Assembly (NCBI GenBank): GCA_963749075.1
Contig: CAVVLJ010000016.1
Coordinates: forward strand, 480,001-544,000
Length of the DNA: 64,000 nucleotides
DNA from: an uncultured Pseudomonadota bacterium
GTDB lineage: Bacteria; Pseudomonadota; Alphaproteobacteria; JACZXZ01
Direction: 5' to 3'
This document shows, piece by piece, positions 25,153 through 34,461 of this stretch (the stretch's first letter is position 1; every line of letters begins with the position of its first letter). The position numbers and the translations under genes were made by a program. Under the pieces are notes generated by a model, which worked only from the letters and a program-made list of their open reading frames with translations, was not told the DNA's origin and ran no database searches.

Positions 25153-26791
25153 ATGGCTGATCTGCCGCTCACTGGCAATTACGACAAGCCCGAGCGGTAC
25201 AAGAAATTCCGCGATGAGCTTATAGAGCAGGGCGAGAACCCCGATCTCGCAAAGGGGATTGATCAGTCACCCGTCGTGGTCAATGGCCATGTGACGCTCG
25301 GCTTCGGCTATGACCTGGCGACGCGGCGCTCGGAGCCCTACGGGATTCTCGCGGACCTGGCGGCGGCCGGGATCGCGCTCACGGTCCGACAGACCGCGGC
25401 GATCCTCTTCTATGGCGGCAAGTCAAATGCGGTCGTCCGGGGCTATCTCGACGATCTCGCGGCGTTCGGGACGACGGTCACGGACGAGGACCGGAAGTTT
25501 GCGGCGAGCTTGACTGCGCCGGATCGGACGGACGATCGGCTGGGCGATCTCCTGTCCGATCTCATGATCACGAAGCCGCAGGGCGAGGCGCTGCTCGAGA
25601 TTGCCGTTTCGGAGAAGGAGAAGCGGCTCGACAGGATCATCGAGGGGCTTGCGGAGGACCTCGAGAGGCAGGGGAGGGCGGATGAGGCGCGGACGCTCGA
25701 GCAGCGCATGCGGTTCACCGACCAGCGCGCGGTGCTGGCCGATCTGCTCTACCAGACGGAGCATTTTCTGGGGCCGAAGCTCCGCGACGCGCTCGTCGCG
25801 GGCGACGCGATGGCGGCGGCGGCCGAGATCGCCTTCTTCGCCAATTCCGCGGGGACGCAGCACGACGACGAGCGCAACCTCGCGCGCGCCAAGGCGTTCC
25901 TCGGCCATCCCTTCGAGCCGAAGACGGAGGCCGAGGCGCGGTCGGTCCTGCATGTGCTCGCCGAGCGGCAAGGAGACCTGGCGCAGGCGCTGGCGAGCCG
26001 GCGGTACGACGATCGCGTTCGGAAGAACTACAGCGACGAGGTGAGCGCTGCCGCCAATGCGGCGCTGCGCAGGCTCGGCGTGGCGACGACGGTCGCCTTG
26101 ATCGACAGCGGCCGCCTCGCGGTGCACGGAGGCGGTGCCGCTCGACCGCTTCGCCGAGGCCTTCGGCCTCACGGCCCTCGAGGTGGCGCTCGTCAATCCC
26201 GAGCTTTTCCCGACGGCACCCGACCAGGGGGCGCCGACCATGCTGCGCGCGGGTGCCGCCCCGCATCTGCCGACCGCGGCGGAGCGGGCGGCGCTCGAGC
26301 GGACGCTACGAGATGCCGGACCGCTCCTGGCACCCGAGCGGTTCGAGGAGCTGCGCCGGCGCTATCTCGACAATCTGCATCCGCCGCGGCGCGGTCATGC
26401 CGAGCTGCCCGACGGCGCCCCGTCGCTGGCCGCGGCGCGGCTCGTGGCGCCGGAGCTCGAGCTCGAGGCGGCCCTGCCGCCGCCGCCGGCCGGGTCTGCC
26501 GCCTTCGCGCGCGACGCGGAGCTGACTTCGAGCGCGCCGGTCCAGACGCTCCTCCCGCGCGACGGCCGGGACGCCTGGCTTCGCCTTGAGAGCGGGCTCT
26601 CCGAGGCGGAGGCCGCGGTACTCTGGGCGCGGCCCGTTCCGCCGCCGCGGGGCTGGGGCGCCGCCGCAGGCCGGCGCGCGGCATCTCGCCTGAGCGCGGA
26701 GGCGCTCGACCGCATCATCGCGAAGATCGAGCGGGTGGTGCGCCTTTCCGAAATCCTCCTCGAGAAGGTCGAGGCGTGGAACCGCGGGTAG
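25153..26791 (+). CDS. Lysozyme-like + LysM-like effector, pair 3 (frameshift near 26127)
   Basis: ORFs 25153..26589 and 26135..26791 join into a full paralog of 22601..24235; +1 base at GTGCACGGAGG versus GTGCAACAGG. Confidence 0.65.
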
Positions 26792-26792
26792 C

Positions 26793-27392
26793 ATGCCGAT
26801 GGACGCCTTCCTCAACCGGCTGCGGCTCGAGGTGGGCCGCGCGCTCTCGGGCCGCGCCGACCCGCGGCTCGCAACCGTCAGCTCCTTCGACCCGCAGCAC
26901 TATGCCGCCAAGGTCATGGTGCAGCCGGAGAACGTCGAGACCGGCTGGCTCCCGGTGCTGTCGCCCTGGGTCGGCAGCGAGTGGGGGTTCTTCGCACCGG
27001 TAACGCCGGGCGACCAGGTGCTCGTGCTCTTTCAGGAGAACGACCAGGAGGTCGGCCTCGTCCTCTCGCGCCTCTTCAGCAACCAGCAGCGCCCGCTCGC
27101 GGTCAACTCGGGCGAGCTCTGGCTGGTGCACCAGAGCGGCTCGTTCTTGAAGCTCACCAACGCCGACCCGCAGCACAACGTCCCCGCCAAGGTGCTGATC
27201 AACGGCATGATCGAGATCGACGTGACGGCAACCACCATCAACCTCTCGGTGAGCCAGCAGGATTCGAGCAACACGCCGCCCACCATCAACATCACGGCCA
27301 GCGCGAGCTCGCTCACCCCCGCGATCAACATCGCCGCGAACGGCGGCCCGGTCAACGTGACGGGCGCCACCGTCAACCTCAACCCCTCGTGA
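26793..27392 (+). CDS. Baseplate spike (gpV-like) protein
   Basis: VSSFDP..YAAKV..QPE..ETGWLP..SPWVG..PGDQVLVLFQE, GELWLVHQSGS; beta-repeat C-terminus. Confidence 0.85.
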   Translation: MPMDAFLNRLRLEVGRALSGRADPRLATVSSFDPQHYAAKVMVQPENVETGWLPVLSPWVGSEWGFFAPVTPGDQVLVLFQENDQEVGLVLSRLFSNQQRPLAVNSGELWLVHQSGSFLKLTNADPQHNVPAKVLINGMIEIDVTATTINLSVSQQDSSNTPPTINITASASSLTPAINIAANGGPVNVTGATVNLNPS

Positions 27393-27399
27393 GCCGGCC

Positions 27400-27657
27400 A
27401 TGGCCAAGGTGGCGCGGCTCGGCGATACGGCGAGCCACGGCGGCGAGATCGCGACCGCCTCGCCCGACGTGACGGCCAACGGCATCGGGGTGGCGCGCGT
27501 GGGCGACAGCTACGACTGCCCGATCCATGGCGCCAATCCCATTGTGACGGGCTCGGCGACCGTCAAGGCCAACGGCCGGCTCGTCGCGCGCGTGGGCGAT
27601 GCGACCGCCTGCGGCGCCGTGATCACCAGCGGCTCGCCCAACGTCGACGCGGGATAG
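27400..27657 (+). CDS. PAAR-domain spike tip protein
   Basis: Three VAR.GD repeats with HGG, CPIHG and CGA. Confidence 0.9.
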   Translation: MAKVARLGDTASHGGEIATASPDVTANGIGVARVGDSYDCPIHGANPIVTGSATVKANGRLVARVGDATACGAVITSGSPNVDAG

Positions 27658-27660
27658 GCC

Positions 27661-28044
27661 ATGCCGGACATCTACCAGTACTGGGGCAACGACCTCACCT
27701 GGGACGCGAGGGAAGATCTGCTGCCGGTCCATGGCATCCTGCGCGGGCAGCAACGCGTGCTGCGCCGCCTCCTCACCAACCCGGCCGCGAACGGCGTGCC
27801 CGGCGACTATCTCTGGCACCAGGATTACGGCGCCGGCCTGCCGCGCTTCGTGGGCCAGCCCGCCGACGTGCCAGCGATCACCGCCCTCATCCGCAGCCAG
27901 ATCTCCATGGAGGCGGCGGTGGCGCCGGATCCGGCACCCGTCATCGCGGTGACGCCGCTGCTCTCCGGCCTCTTCGTCGAGATCCGCTACGTCGATGCGC
28001 CGACGCGTGAGCCCGTGCTGCTCGACTTCAACCTCGACAGCTGA
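27661..28044 (+). CDS. Baseplate wedge (gpW/gp25-like) protein
   Basis: GQQRVLRRLLTNP..GDYLWH.DYGAGL. Confidence 0.75.
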   Translation: MPDIYQYWGNDLTWDAREDLLPVHGILRGQQRVLRRLLTNPAANGVPGDYLWHQDYGAGLPRFVGQPADVPAITALIRSQISMEAAVAPDPAPVIAVTPLLSGLFVEIRYVDAPTREPVLLDFNLDS

Positions 28045-28096
28045 CGCCGCGCCCCAAGGCGGCGCCCCACCTCCGATCCGAGAGAGCACCACGGCC

Positions 28097-29224
28097 ATGG
28101 CGACGCTCAATACGCGCGACTTCCCGACCCTCGTCCAGGACATGGCGGTGGCGGCCGAGGCCTCGGCGCAGCAGGCGCTCGACTTCACCATCGGCTCGAT
28201 CCTGCGCGCGGTCGTCGAGTCCGTGGCCGCCGTGGCGCTCTTCCTTCAGAGCCTCATCCTCCAGGTCCTCACCCTCACGCGGGCGGCGACCAGCGTGGGC
28301 CCGGACCTCGATACCTGGATGGCCGATTACGGTCTCGCGCGCCTGCCGGCCGTGGCGGCGAGCGGCGCCGTCACCTTCGCGCGCTTCACGCCGACGCTGC
28401 AGGCCGTCGTCCCCGTCGGCGCCCAGCTCATTAGCGCCGACGGCAGCGAGAGCTTCACGGTCACCCTCGATCCCAGCAACGCCGCCTACAGCGCGGCACT
28501 CGGCGGCTATGCCATGGCGCCGGGCACCGCGAGCGTCAACGTGACCGTAGAGGCGAATGCGGCGGGCAGCGCGGGCAACGTCGTGGCGGGCGCCATCTCG
28601 CTCATCGGCTCCGCCATCCCCGGCGTCGATACGGTCAGCAATGCGGCAGCCTTCGTCAACGGCATGGACGCGGAGAGCGACGCGGCGCTGCGCGTGCGCT
28701 TCATCGCCTATATCGCCTCGCTTTCCAAGGCGACCAAGGGTGCCGTCGGCTATGCCGTCACCAGCCTGCGCCAGGGGCTGCAATACACCATCGCCGAGAA
28801 CGCCGACTACAACGGCGCCGCCGACATGGGCTTCTTCTACGTGGTCGTCGACGACGGCAGCGGCTCCCCGGCGCCCGCCCTCCTCACCGCGGCCGCCAAC
28901 GCGATCGACGCGGTGCGGCCCATCGGCTCGCGCTTCGCCGTCTTCGCTCCCGCGATCGTGACGGCAAACGTGAGCATGACGATCGCCACGTCCGCGGGCT
29001 ACGATCATCCGACCGCCGCCGGTGTGGTGGGTGCGGCGCTCGAGACTTTCCTCAGCACCTTGCCGCTCGGCACCCCGCTCGCCTTCACGCGCTTGGCGCA
29101 GGTGGCCTACGACGCCTCGCCCGGCGTGGTCAACGTGAGCGCCCTCCTTCTCAACGGGGGAAGCGCCGATCTCGCGGCGAGCAACCAGCAGGTCATCAAG
29201 CCCGGCACGGTCACGGTGGCGTGA
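28097..29224 (+). CDS. Baseplate J/gp47 protein
   Basis: GSILRA..E, DLDTWMADYGL.RLPA..ASG.VTF, AGSAGNV, G.DAESDAALR.RF. Confidence 0.9.
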   Translation: MATLNTRDFPTLVQDMAVAAEASAQQALDFTIGSILRAVVESVAAVALFLQSLILQVLTLTRAATSVGPDLDTWMADYGLARLPAVAASGAVTFARFTPTLQAVVPVGAQLISADGSESFTVTLDPSNAAYSAALGGYAMAPGTASVNVTVEANAAGSAGNVVAGAISLIGSAIPGVDTVSNAAAFVNGMDAESDAALRVRFIAYIASLSKATKGAVGYAVTSLRQGLQYTIAENADYNGAADMGFFYVVVDDGSGSPAPALLTAAANAIDAVRPIGSRFAVFAPAIVTANVSMTIATSAGYDHPTAAGVVGAALETFLSTLPLGTPLAFTRLAQVAYDASPGVVNVSALLLNGGSADLAASNQQVIKPGTVTVA

Positions 29225-29973
29225 TGGCGACGGGCGATCAGAGCGATTTCGTCTCGCGGCTGCGCATGACGCTGCCGCTGCGCTGGTTCCCCGACACGGC
29301 GCCGGTGCTGACGGCCCTCCTCGCAGGCATCGCAAGCGCCGCCGCCTTCGTCTACGGCCTCATCGTCTATGCGCGCTTGCAGACACGTATTAAGACGGCG
29401 ACGGACGATTGGCTCGATCTCATCTCGGCCGACTTCTTCGGAGGGCGCTTTCCGCGCAAGCCCGGCGAGACGGATGCCTCCTTCCGCAGCCGCATCCTCC
29501 TCGAGATCTTCCGCCAGCGCGCAACGCGCAAGGGCGTCGTGCTGGCGGTCCAGGAGCTGACCGGCACCACGCCCGCCATCTTCGAGCCGGCGCGGCCCGC
29601 CGATACCGGCGTCTACGGCACGCTGGCTGCCGGCCTCTCCGGCTGCCTCTCGACGCTCGGCTACGGGCTCGCGGGCGGCTACGGCTCGCTCCTCTTGCCC
29701 TATCAAGCCTTCGTCACGGTCTTCCCGCCGCTCTCGAGCGGCATCCCCTTCGTCGCCGGCTACGGCGATCCCGCCGCCGGCTACGGCTCGGGCGCCGCCG
29801 AATACGGCAGCCTCGCTCTGGTTTCCGGCTCCCTCACGGAGGCCGACATCTATGCCGCGGTCGACGGGGTAAAGCCGGTCGCCGCCATCCTCTGGACCCG
29901 CATCGCCGCGGGCGAGACGCCGATCAGCCAGATCCTCGACATCGGCACCGCGGGCGGCAGCCCGTTCGAATGA
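29221..29973 (+). CDS. Baseplate wedge (gpI-like) protein
   Basis: MATGDQSDFVSRLR..LP.RWF, QTRIKTATDDWLDLI..DFFG, ETDASFRSRI. Confidence 0.75.
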   Translation: MMATGDQSDFVSRLRMTLPLRWFPDTAPVLTALLAGIASAAAFVYGLIVYARLQTRIKTATDDWLDLISADFFGGRFPRKPGETDASFRSRILLEIFRQRATRKGVVLAVQELTGTTPAIFEPARPADTGVYGTLAAGLSGCLSTLGYGLAGGYGSLLLPYQAFVTVFPPLSSGIPFVAGYGDPAAGYGSGAAEYGSLALVSGSLTEADIYAAVDGVKPVAAILWTRIAAGETPISQILDIGTAGGSPFE

Positions 29974-29995
29974 GCAACCGAGCAGGCCAATCAGC

Positions 29996-30544
29996 ATGAC
30001 GGCTCGTCCCATCGCCTTAGCCCTTGTCGCGGCAGCCCTCGTCCTCCTTGCGCGCGAGGCGAGCGCCCAGGTGAGCTGCCCGCCGGTGCCGGCGCCCGTG
30101 GGTGCCGCCTTTGCACCCACGCCGATCCCATGCCTGCCGAACGCGAGCACGCCCAACGGCACCGAGGTCGTGCCCGGATATCAAAATGGGCGCGAGGTCA
30201 AATTCACCACCGCTCAACTCTGGGCGGGCTTTGTGGTGACCGGTTTCGCGGTGCGGTCCGTCACGTCGGGCACCTCGGACTCCGCCTCGGCGACCGACTT
30301 TCTGGTCAAGTGGACCAGCCCTGCGACCGGCGCCAGGAGTGAGGGCATTCCGGCCTGCGCGTCGGGCAACAAGGGCGCCGGGTTGGTCATCAAGGATGGG
30401 GTCGGGAACGCGGCGACTTACAACATCACCGTTACCGCGGCCGGCAGCAGCACGATCGACGGGCAGGCGAGCTACACGCTCAACACCGACCGGCAAGCCT
30501 TGATGCTGGAATGCGACGGCGCCGGCGACTGGACGATCCTCTAG
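29996..30544 (+). CDS. Hypothetical fibre-region protein with signal peptide
   Basis: MTARPIALALVAAALVLLAREASA-Q; C-domain VIKDG.GNAATYNITV..STIDG. Confidence 0.65.
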   Translation: MTARPIALALVAAALVLLAREASAQVSCPPVPAPVGAAFAPTPIPCLPNASTPNGTEVVPGYQNGREVKFTTAQLWAGFVVTGFAVRSVTSGTSDSASATDFLVKWTSPATGARSEGIPACASGNKGAGLVIKDGVGNAATYNITVTAAGSSTIDGQASYTLNTDRQALMLECDGAGDWTIL

Positions 30545-30558
30545 AGGGAGAATATCTC

Positions 30559-31146
30559 ATGGATAGGCTCCGGCAATTTCTGAGGCCACTCTTCTACGGC
30601 CCGCTGCTCGCGGCGGCACTCGTGATCGCCGCCCAGGCGAGCTACGACACTCCGATCGGCGCCTCCCAGATGCCCGCCATGTCGGGCGACTGCACGAGCT
30701 CGGCTGGCGCCGTCTCGCTCAGCTGCACGAAGACGAACGGCACGGCCTTCGGCACGGCGGCCACGGCGAACACCGGCACCTCCGGCGCCAATGTGCCGCT
30801 CCTCAACGGCAACAACAGCTACAGCGGCGTCTCGACCTTTTCGGGCGCGCTCGTGCTGCCCATGCGGGTCATCACCGCGGCGGGCGACGTCACCGTCTCG
30901 GCCTCGAGCGACTACTTCCTCTGCATCAACAAGACCACGGGTGCGGCAACGACGGTCAATCTCCCCGGCTCGCCGGCGGCCGGCCTCACCTTCGTGGTCA
31001 AGGACTGCAAGGGGGACGCCGCGACCAACAACATCACGATCACGCCCGCCTCGGGCAACATCGACGGTGCCGCCACCTTCGTGCAGAACGTCAACCACCA
31101 GGCGGCCGTGGTGAGCTACGACGGCACGCAGTGGGAGGTCAATTGA
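30559..31146 (+). CDS. Hypothetical fibre-like protein
   Basis: Hydrophobic N-terminus; FGTAATANTGTSGANVPLLNG fibre-type motif; VVKDCKGDAATNNITI..NIDG domain related to the upstream gene. Confidence 0.65.
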   Translation: MDRLRQFLRPLFYGPLLAAALVIAAQASYDTPIGASQMPAMSGDCTSSAGAVSLSCTKTNGTAFGTAATANTGTSGANVPLLNGNNSYSGVSTFSGALVLPMRVITAAGDVTVSASSDYFLCINKTTGAATTVNLPGSPAAGLTFVVKDCKGDAATNNITITPASGNIDGAATFVQNVNHQAAVVSYDGTQWEVN

Positions 31147-31148
31147 CC

Positions 31149-32393
31149 ATGCGGCGCTTCCTCTCCCGCATGGCCCTGCTCGCGCTGGCGCTGGCGCTCT
31201 TCGCCGGCGATCAGCCGAGGGCAGCGCATCTCGAGCTCCCGGCCTTCGTGGCGCCGCAGGGGCGCCTCGTCCCGGCCGCGAGCTCGTGCTCGAGCGCGGT
31301 CCCTGTCCTGACGGCCGACGTGCCGGCCGCCACCGTCATCTGCTACGTGCCGGCGGTCGGGCAGCTCATCGCCGTCAACGGCGCGCCCTACCAGTTCGCC
31401 ACTCTCACGCTGACACTTTCGCAGACGAACCACAGTGCCGGAAGCAATTACGATGTCTGGGCGGTGGTCAGCTCGGGTGCCCCGGCGCTCTGCGCCGAGG
31501 GCTCGCTGTGGTCGTCGACGACGGCGCGCTCCGGCACGCCGGCCTTCTCCGGCGGGGTGCTGAGCAACCCATCCTCGCTCTCGCATTGCTACAACGGCTC
31601 GACGGACCACGGCTCGGTCGCCGCCAACGCAGCTACCTATCTCGGCAGCTTCACGGTGCCGAGTGCCGCCGCGACCACGACCTCGACAACGATGACCAGC
31701 AGCGTCACCACCCTGCCGCTCACCGCGGCGCTCAAGGGTGCAGGCCTGACGGCGAATTACTACGTCGCGGTCGATAGCGGGGCGAACCTCGAATATATGC
31801 TCGTCACCGCCGGCTACGGCACGACGAGCGAGACGGTGACGCGCGCCCAGCTCGGCACCTCGGCTGTCGCGCACTCGAGCGGCGTCGCGATTGCCGTCGC
31901 CGGCGGCCAGACGGCCATGCAGTTCGCGCCCGCCTGCCAGAGCGGCGGGAATGCGCCCCTGCTGGGCGTGTGGAACGCCTACAATAGGGTCCTGACCGCG
32001 TCCTACGACTGCGACAGCGCCAATGACTGGACGTACAACTCCGGGACCATCCGCGCCGCCGATGCCGGCACGCTGACCCAGCGCATCACCTGGATCGACG
32101 GGCTGCAGCGCTCAGCCGTGATCGCCAGCTACTCCGACTACATGTGGATGGCGTCCGGGATATCCGCCAACATCGGCATCGGGCTCAATTCGACCACGAG
32201 CACCACCGCGTGGATGAATTCCTGCGGCTCCGGCAGCACCTCGCAGAATTGCTCAATCACATCGCCCTTAGGATCGGCGCCGCTTCTCGGCTTGAACTTC
32301 GTCTCGGCGAACGAGAAGGCCGGGGACGGAACCGTCAATTTCGCGGGCGCGGGCTATGGCGGAAGCGGCTTCGTTTTCAATGCGGAGATGTAG
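31149..32393 (+). CDS. Hypothetical fibre/receptor-binding-like protein with signal peptide
   Basis: MRRFLSRMALLALALALFA; PQGRL, ATYLGS, GVWNAYNRV; Ser/Thr-rich. Confidence 0.65.
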   Translation: MRRFLSRMALLALALALFAGDQPRAAHLELPAFVAPQGRLVPAASSCSSAVPVLTADVPAATVICYVPAVGQLIAVNGAPYQFATLTLTLSQTNHSAGSNYDVWAVVSSGAPALCAEGSLWSSTTARSGTPAFSGGVLSNPSSLSHCYNGSTDHGSVAANAATYLGSFTVPSAAATTTSTTMTSSVTTLPLTAALKGAGLTANYYVAVDSGANLEYMLVTAGYGTTSETVTRAQLGTSAVAHSSGVAIAVAGGQTAMQFAPACQSGGNAPLLGVWNAYNRVLTASYDCDSANDWTYNSGTIRAADAGTLTQRITWIDGLQRSAVIASYSDYMWMASGISANIGIGLNSTTSTTAWMNSCGSGSTSQNCSITSPLGSAPLLGLNFVSANEKAGDGTVNFAGAGYGGSGFVFNAEM

Positions 32394-32397
32394 GACC

Positions 32398-33003
32398 ATG
32401 CGTGTCGCCAAACTGCTCGCCATTGGTCTTCTCCTCATCGCCGGCCCCGTGCGCGCCCAGGCACCGCCGCAACTCGGCAGCGCTGTGGACAGTGCCGTAA
32501 AGGCGGCCTGCGGCAACTGCACCGTCGGCGTCTCGATCGGCAACCCGTCAGACGAGACGACATGGCGGCTTGACTTCGCTGCCGGCGCGACCGCGGCCCA
32601 ACAGGCGCAAGCCGCTGCGGCAATAGCAGCACTTACGCCAGCGCAGTGGCAGGCGCGCGCGCAGGCTCCGCTGCTTCTCGCGGCGGCGCTCGCGGCCGGC
32701 TGCCAGATCTCCTCGAGCTCGACGCCGGCGCTCAACGGCACCTATGCGATCGACCCGGCGAGCCAGCAGCAGGTGGCGGCGATCTCGCTCTACATCCAGG
32801 TCAACGGCAAGTTCCCGGCCGGAGAGACGGCACTCGCCTGGCCCGATGCGAGCGGCGTCACGCACAGCTTCCCGGCCATGGCGAGCTTCCAGGCCTTCGC
32901 GACCGCACTCGGGGATTATGTGACGGCGCTCGCCCTCGCCTATCAGGCAACGCTCGCCGGGAGCGCCTGGTCGCCGCCGGCAATGCCGGTTGTTATTCCT
33001 TGA
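32398..33003 (+). CDS. Hypothetical fibre-assembly-like protein with signal peptide
   Basis: MRVAKLLAIGLLLIAGPVRA-Q; SSSTPALNGTYAID..FP.G..WPD.SG..H.F. Confidence 0.6.
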   Translation: MRVAKLLAIGLLLIAGPVRAQAPPQLGSAVDSAVKAACGNCTVGVSIGNPSDETTWRLDFAAGATAAQQAQAAAAIAALTPAQWQARAQAPLLLAAALAAGCQISSSSTPALNGTYAIDPASQQQVAAISLYIQVNGKFPAGETALAWPDASGVTHSFPAMASFQAFATALGDYVTALALAYQATLAGSAWSPPAMPVVIP

Positions 33004-33010
33004 TTTTATG

Positions 33011-33038
33011 TTGCGAAAACCTCCGGTTGTGGTACTCT
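33011..33038 (+). promoter_or_regulatory. Putative promoter of the methyltransferase/glycosyltransferase pair
   Basis: TTGCGA-N16-TACTCT with an extended TG. Confidence 0.4.
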
Positions 33039-33069
33039 TGCGGAGGCGTCGCGCCCGGGGAGACTCTCC

Positions 33070-33657
33070 GTGTCCTATCGCGGGATGGAAATGGCCAAAA
33101 TCGCCGAGGAATCGCACCTCGGCGGCAACGTCTGGGTCGGCGACGCCTACACCTTCTGCCCTGCGGTATGGACTTACGTCGTACGAAGATTCTGCATCTT
33201 GAGCGTGCTGGATTTGGGGAGCGGCATGGGACACGCGAGCCGCTTCTTTCACGGCCAGGGGCTCATGACGGTGGCGGTGGACGGGCTCTCGGCGAACGTG
33301 GAGAAGGCGCTCTTCCCCACGGTGCAGCACGACATCGCGAAGGCACCCTTCGTCACCAAGGTCGATCTCGTGCATTGCCAGGAAGTCGTGGAGCACATCG
33401 AGCCGGAGTTCGTCGACAACCTCCTACGGTCGCTGATGGTCGGGCGCATCATCATGATGACGCACGCCTTGCCCGGCCAGGGCGGCTATCACCATGTCAA
33501 CCTGCAGCCCTCGGATTACTGGATCGCTCATATGGCGCACCGCGGTTGCCAGCTTCTCGAGGAGGATACCCGGCGGATCCGCGAGATGGCGCACGCGGAG
33601 GGCGCGAGATATGTCGCGGCATCCGGCCTGCTCTTCGTGAACGAAGCCCACGTCTAG
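33070..33657 (+). CDS. Class I SAM-dependent methyltransferase
   Basis: SVLDLGSGMG, DLVHCQEVVEHI, PGQGGYHHVN.Q..YW. Confidence 0.85.
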   Translation: MSYRGMEMAKIAEESHLGGNVWVGDAYTFCPAVWTYVVRRFCILSVLDLGSGMGHASRFFHGQGLMTVAVDGLSANVEKALFPTVQHDIAKAPFVTKVDLVHCQEVVEHIEPEFVDNLLRSLMVGRIIMMTHALPGQGGYHHVNLQPSDYWIAHMAHRGCQLLEEDTRRIREMAHAEGARYVAASGLLFVNEAHV

Positions 33658-33667
33658 AAGGCCGCCA

Positions 33668-34306
33668 TTGGAGCCCAACGTCACCGTCGTCATCACATCC
33701 TGCGGCCGCTACGACTTGCTTGAGCAGACACTGCGGAGCTTCCGCATCTTCAACACGGATCAGGGTGTCGCGCGTATGCTCGTGGTGGAGGACGGGGATG
33801 GTGAGCCGCGCGAGATCTGCGAGCGCTACCGTGCGGAGCTGATGCGCGTCGGCGAGCAAGTCGGCCAGGCGGCGGCAATCGATCGCGCCTATCGGACGGT
33901 CGGCACGCCATACGTCTTTCACTGCGAGGATGACTGGGAATTCTATCGGGAGGAATTCATCGAGAGAAGCCGTCGCGTTCTCGAGATCGACAAGTCCTGT
34001 GTCTGCGTGTGGCTCAGGGCGTGGGATGATCTGAACGGGCATCCTCTGTCGTTCGCCTCGCGCTGCCGCTCCTTTGGCGTCCTCGCCTACGGCTATCTTG
34101 AGAGGTGGCACGGCTTCACGTGGAATCCAGGCCTCCGTCGCCTCTCGGACTATCTGCAGATCGAATCCTTCGCACGCTTTGCCCGCGACGGCCACGAGGC
34201 CGAGGGCGGGGCGAATGAGGAATATCGCAAGTTGGGCTACCGCGCCGTCATCCTCGATGAGACGGGCTATGTTCGCCACATCGGCTACGGTCGCACGGTC
34301 AGGTAG
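33668..34306 (+). CDS. Glycosyltransferase family 2-like protein
   Basis: VVITSCGRYDLL..TL.SF, YVFHCEDDWEF, GFTWNPGLRR, YVRHIG. Confidence 0.85.
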   Translation: MEPNVTVVITSCGRYDLLEQTLRSFRIFNTDQGVARMLVVEDGDGEPREICERYRAELMRVGEQVGQAAAIDRAYRTVGTPYVFHCEDDWEFYREEFIERSRRVLEIDKSCVCVWLRAWDDLNGHPLSFASRCRSFGVLAYGYLERWHGFTWNPGLRRLSDYLQIESFARFARDGHEAEGGANEEYRKLGYRAVILDETGYVRHIGYGRTVR

Positions 34307-34461
34307 GCAAGTCGATCCATTGCGTGCCCAGGCCGCCCTGCGCGGCCTTTTTGCCGTCCGCGCTCAACGATAGCTGCCGCCTCGGGCAGAGCCGAAGCGC
34401 CGCCGGAGCAGAAGTCGAACGAGGGCCGCCATCGTGCGGCCCGTCTTATTTCGGAGACCCC

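Noticed and set aside
18077-26791. Diversity-generating retroelement behind the repeated variable genes
   Set aside because: No reverse transcriptase in the window; differences are block-wise and not adenine-specific
8028-29973. Type VI secretion system or Afp/PVC-type eCIS
   Set aside because: No TssJLM, ClpV or Afp15-like ATPase recognised; capsid, neck, G/GT chaperone and spanin genes indicate phage ancestry
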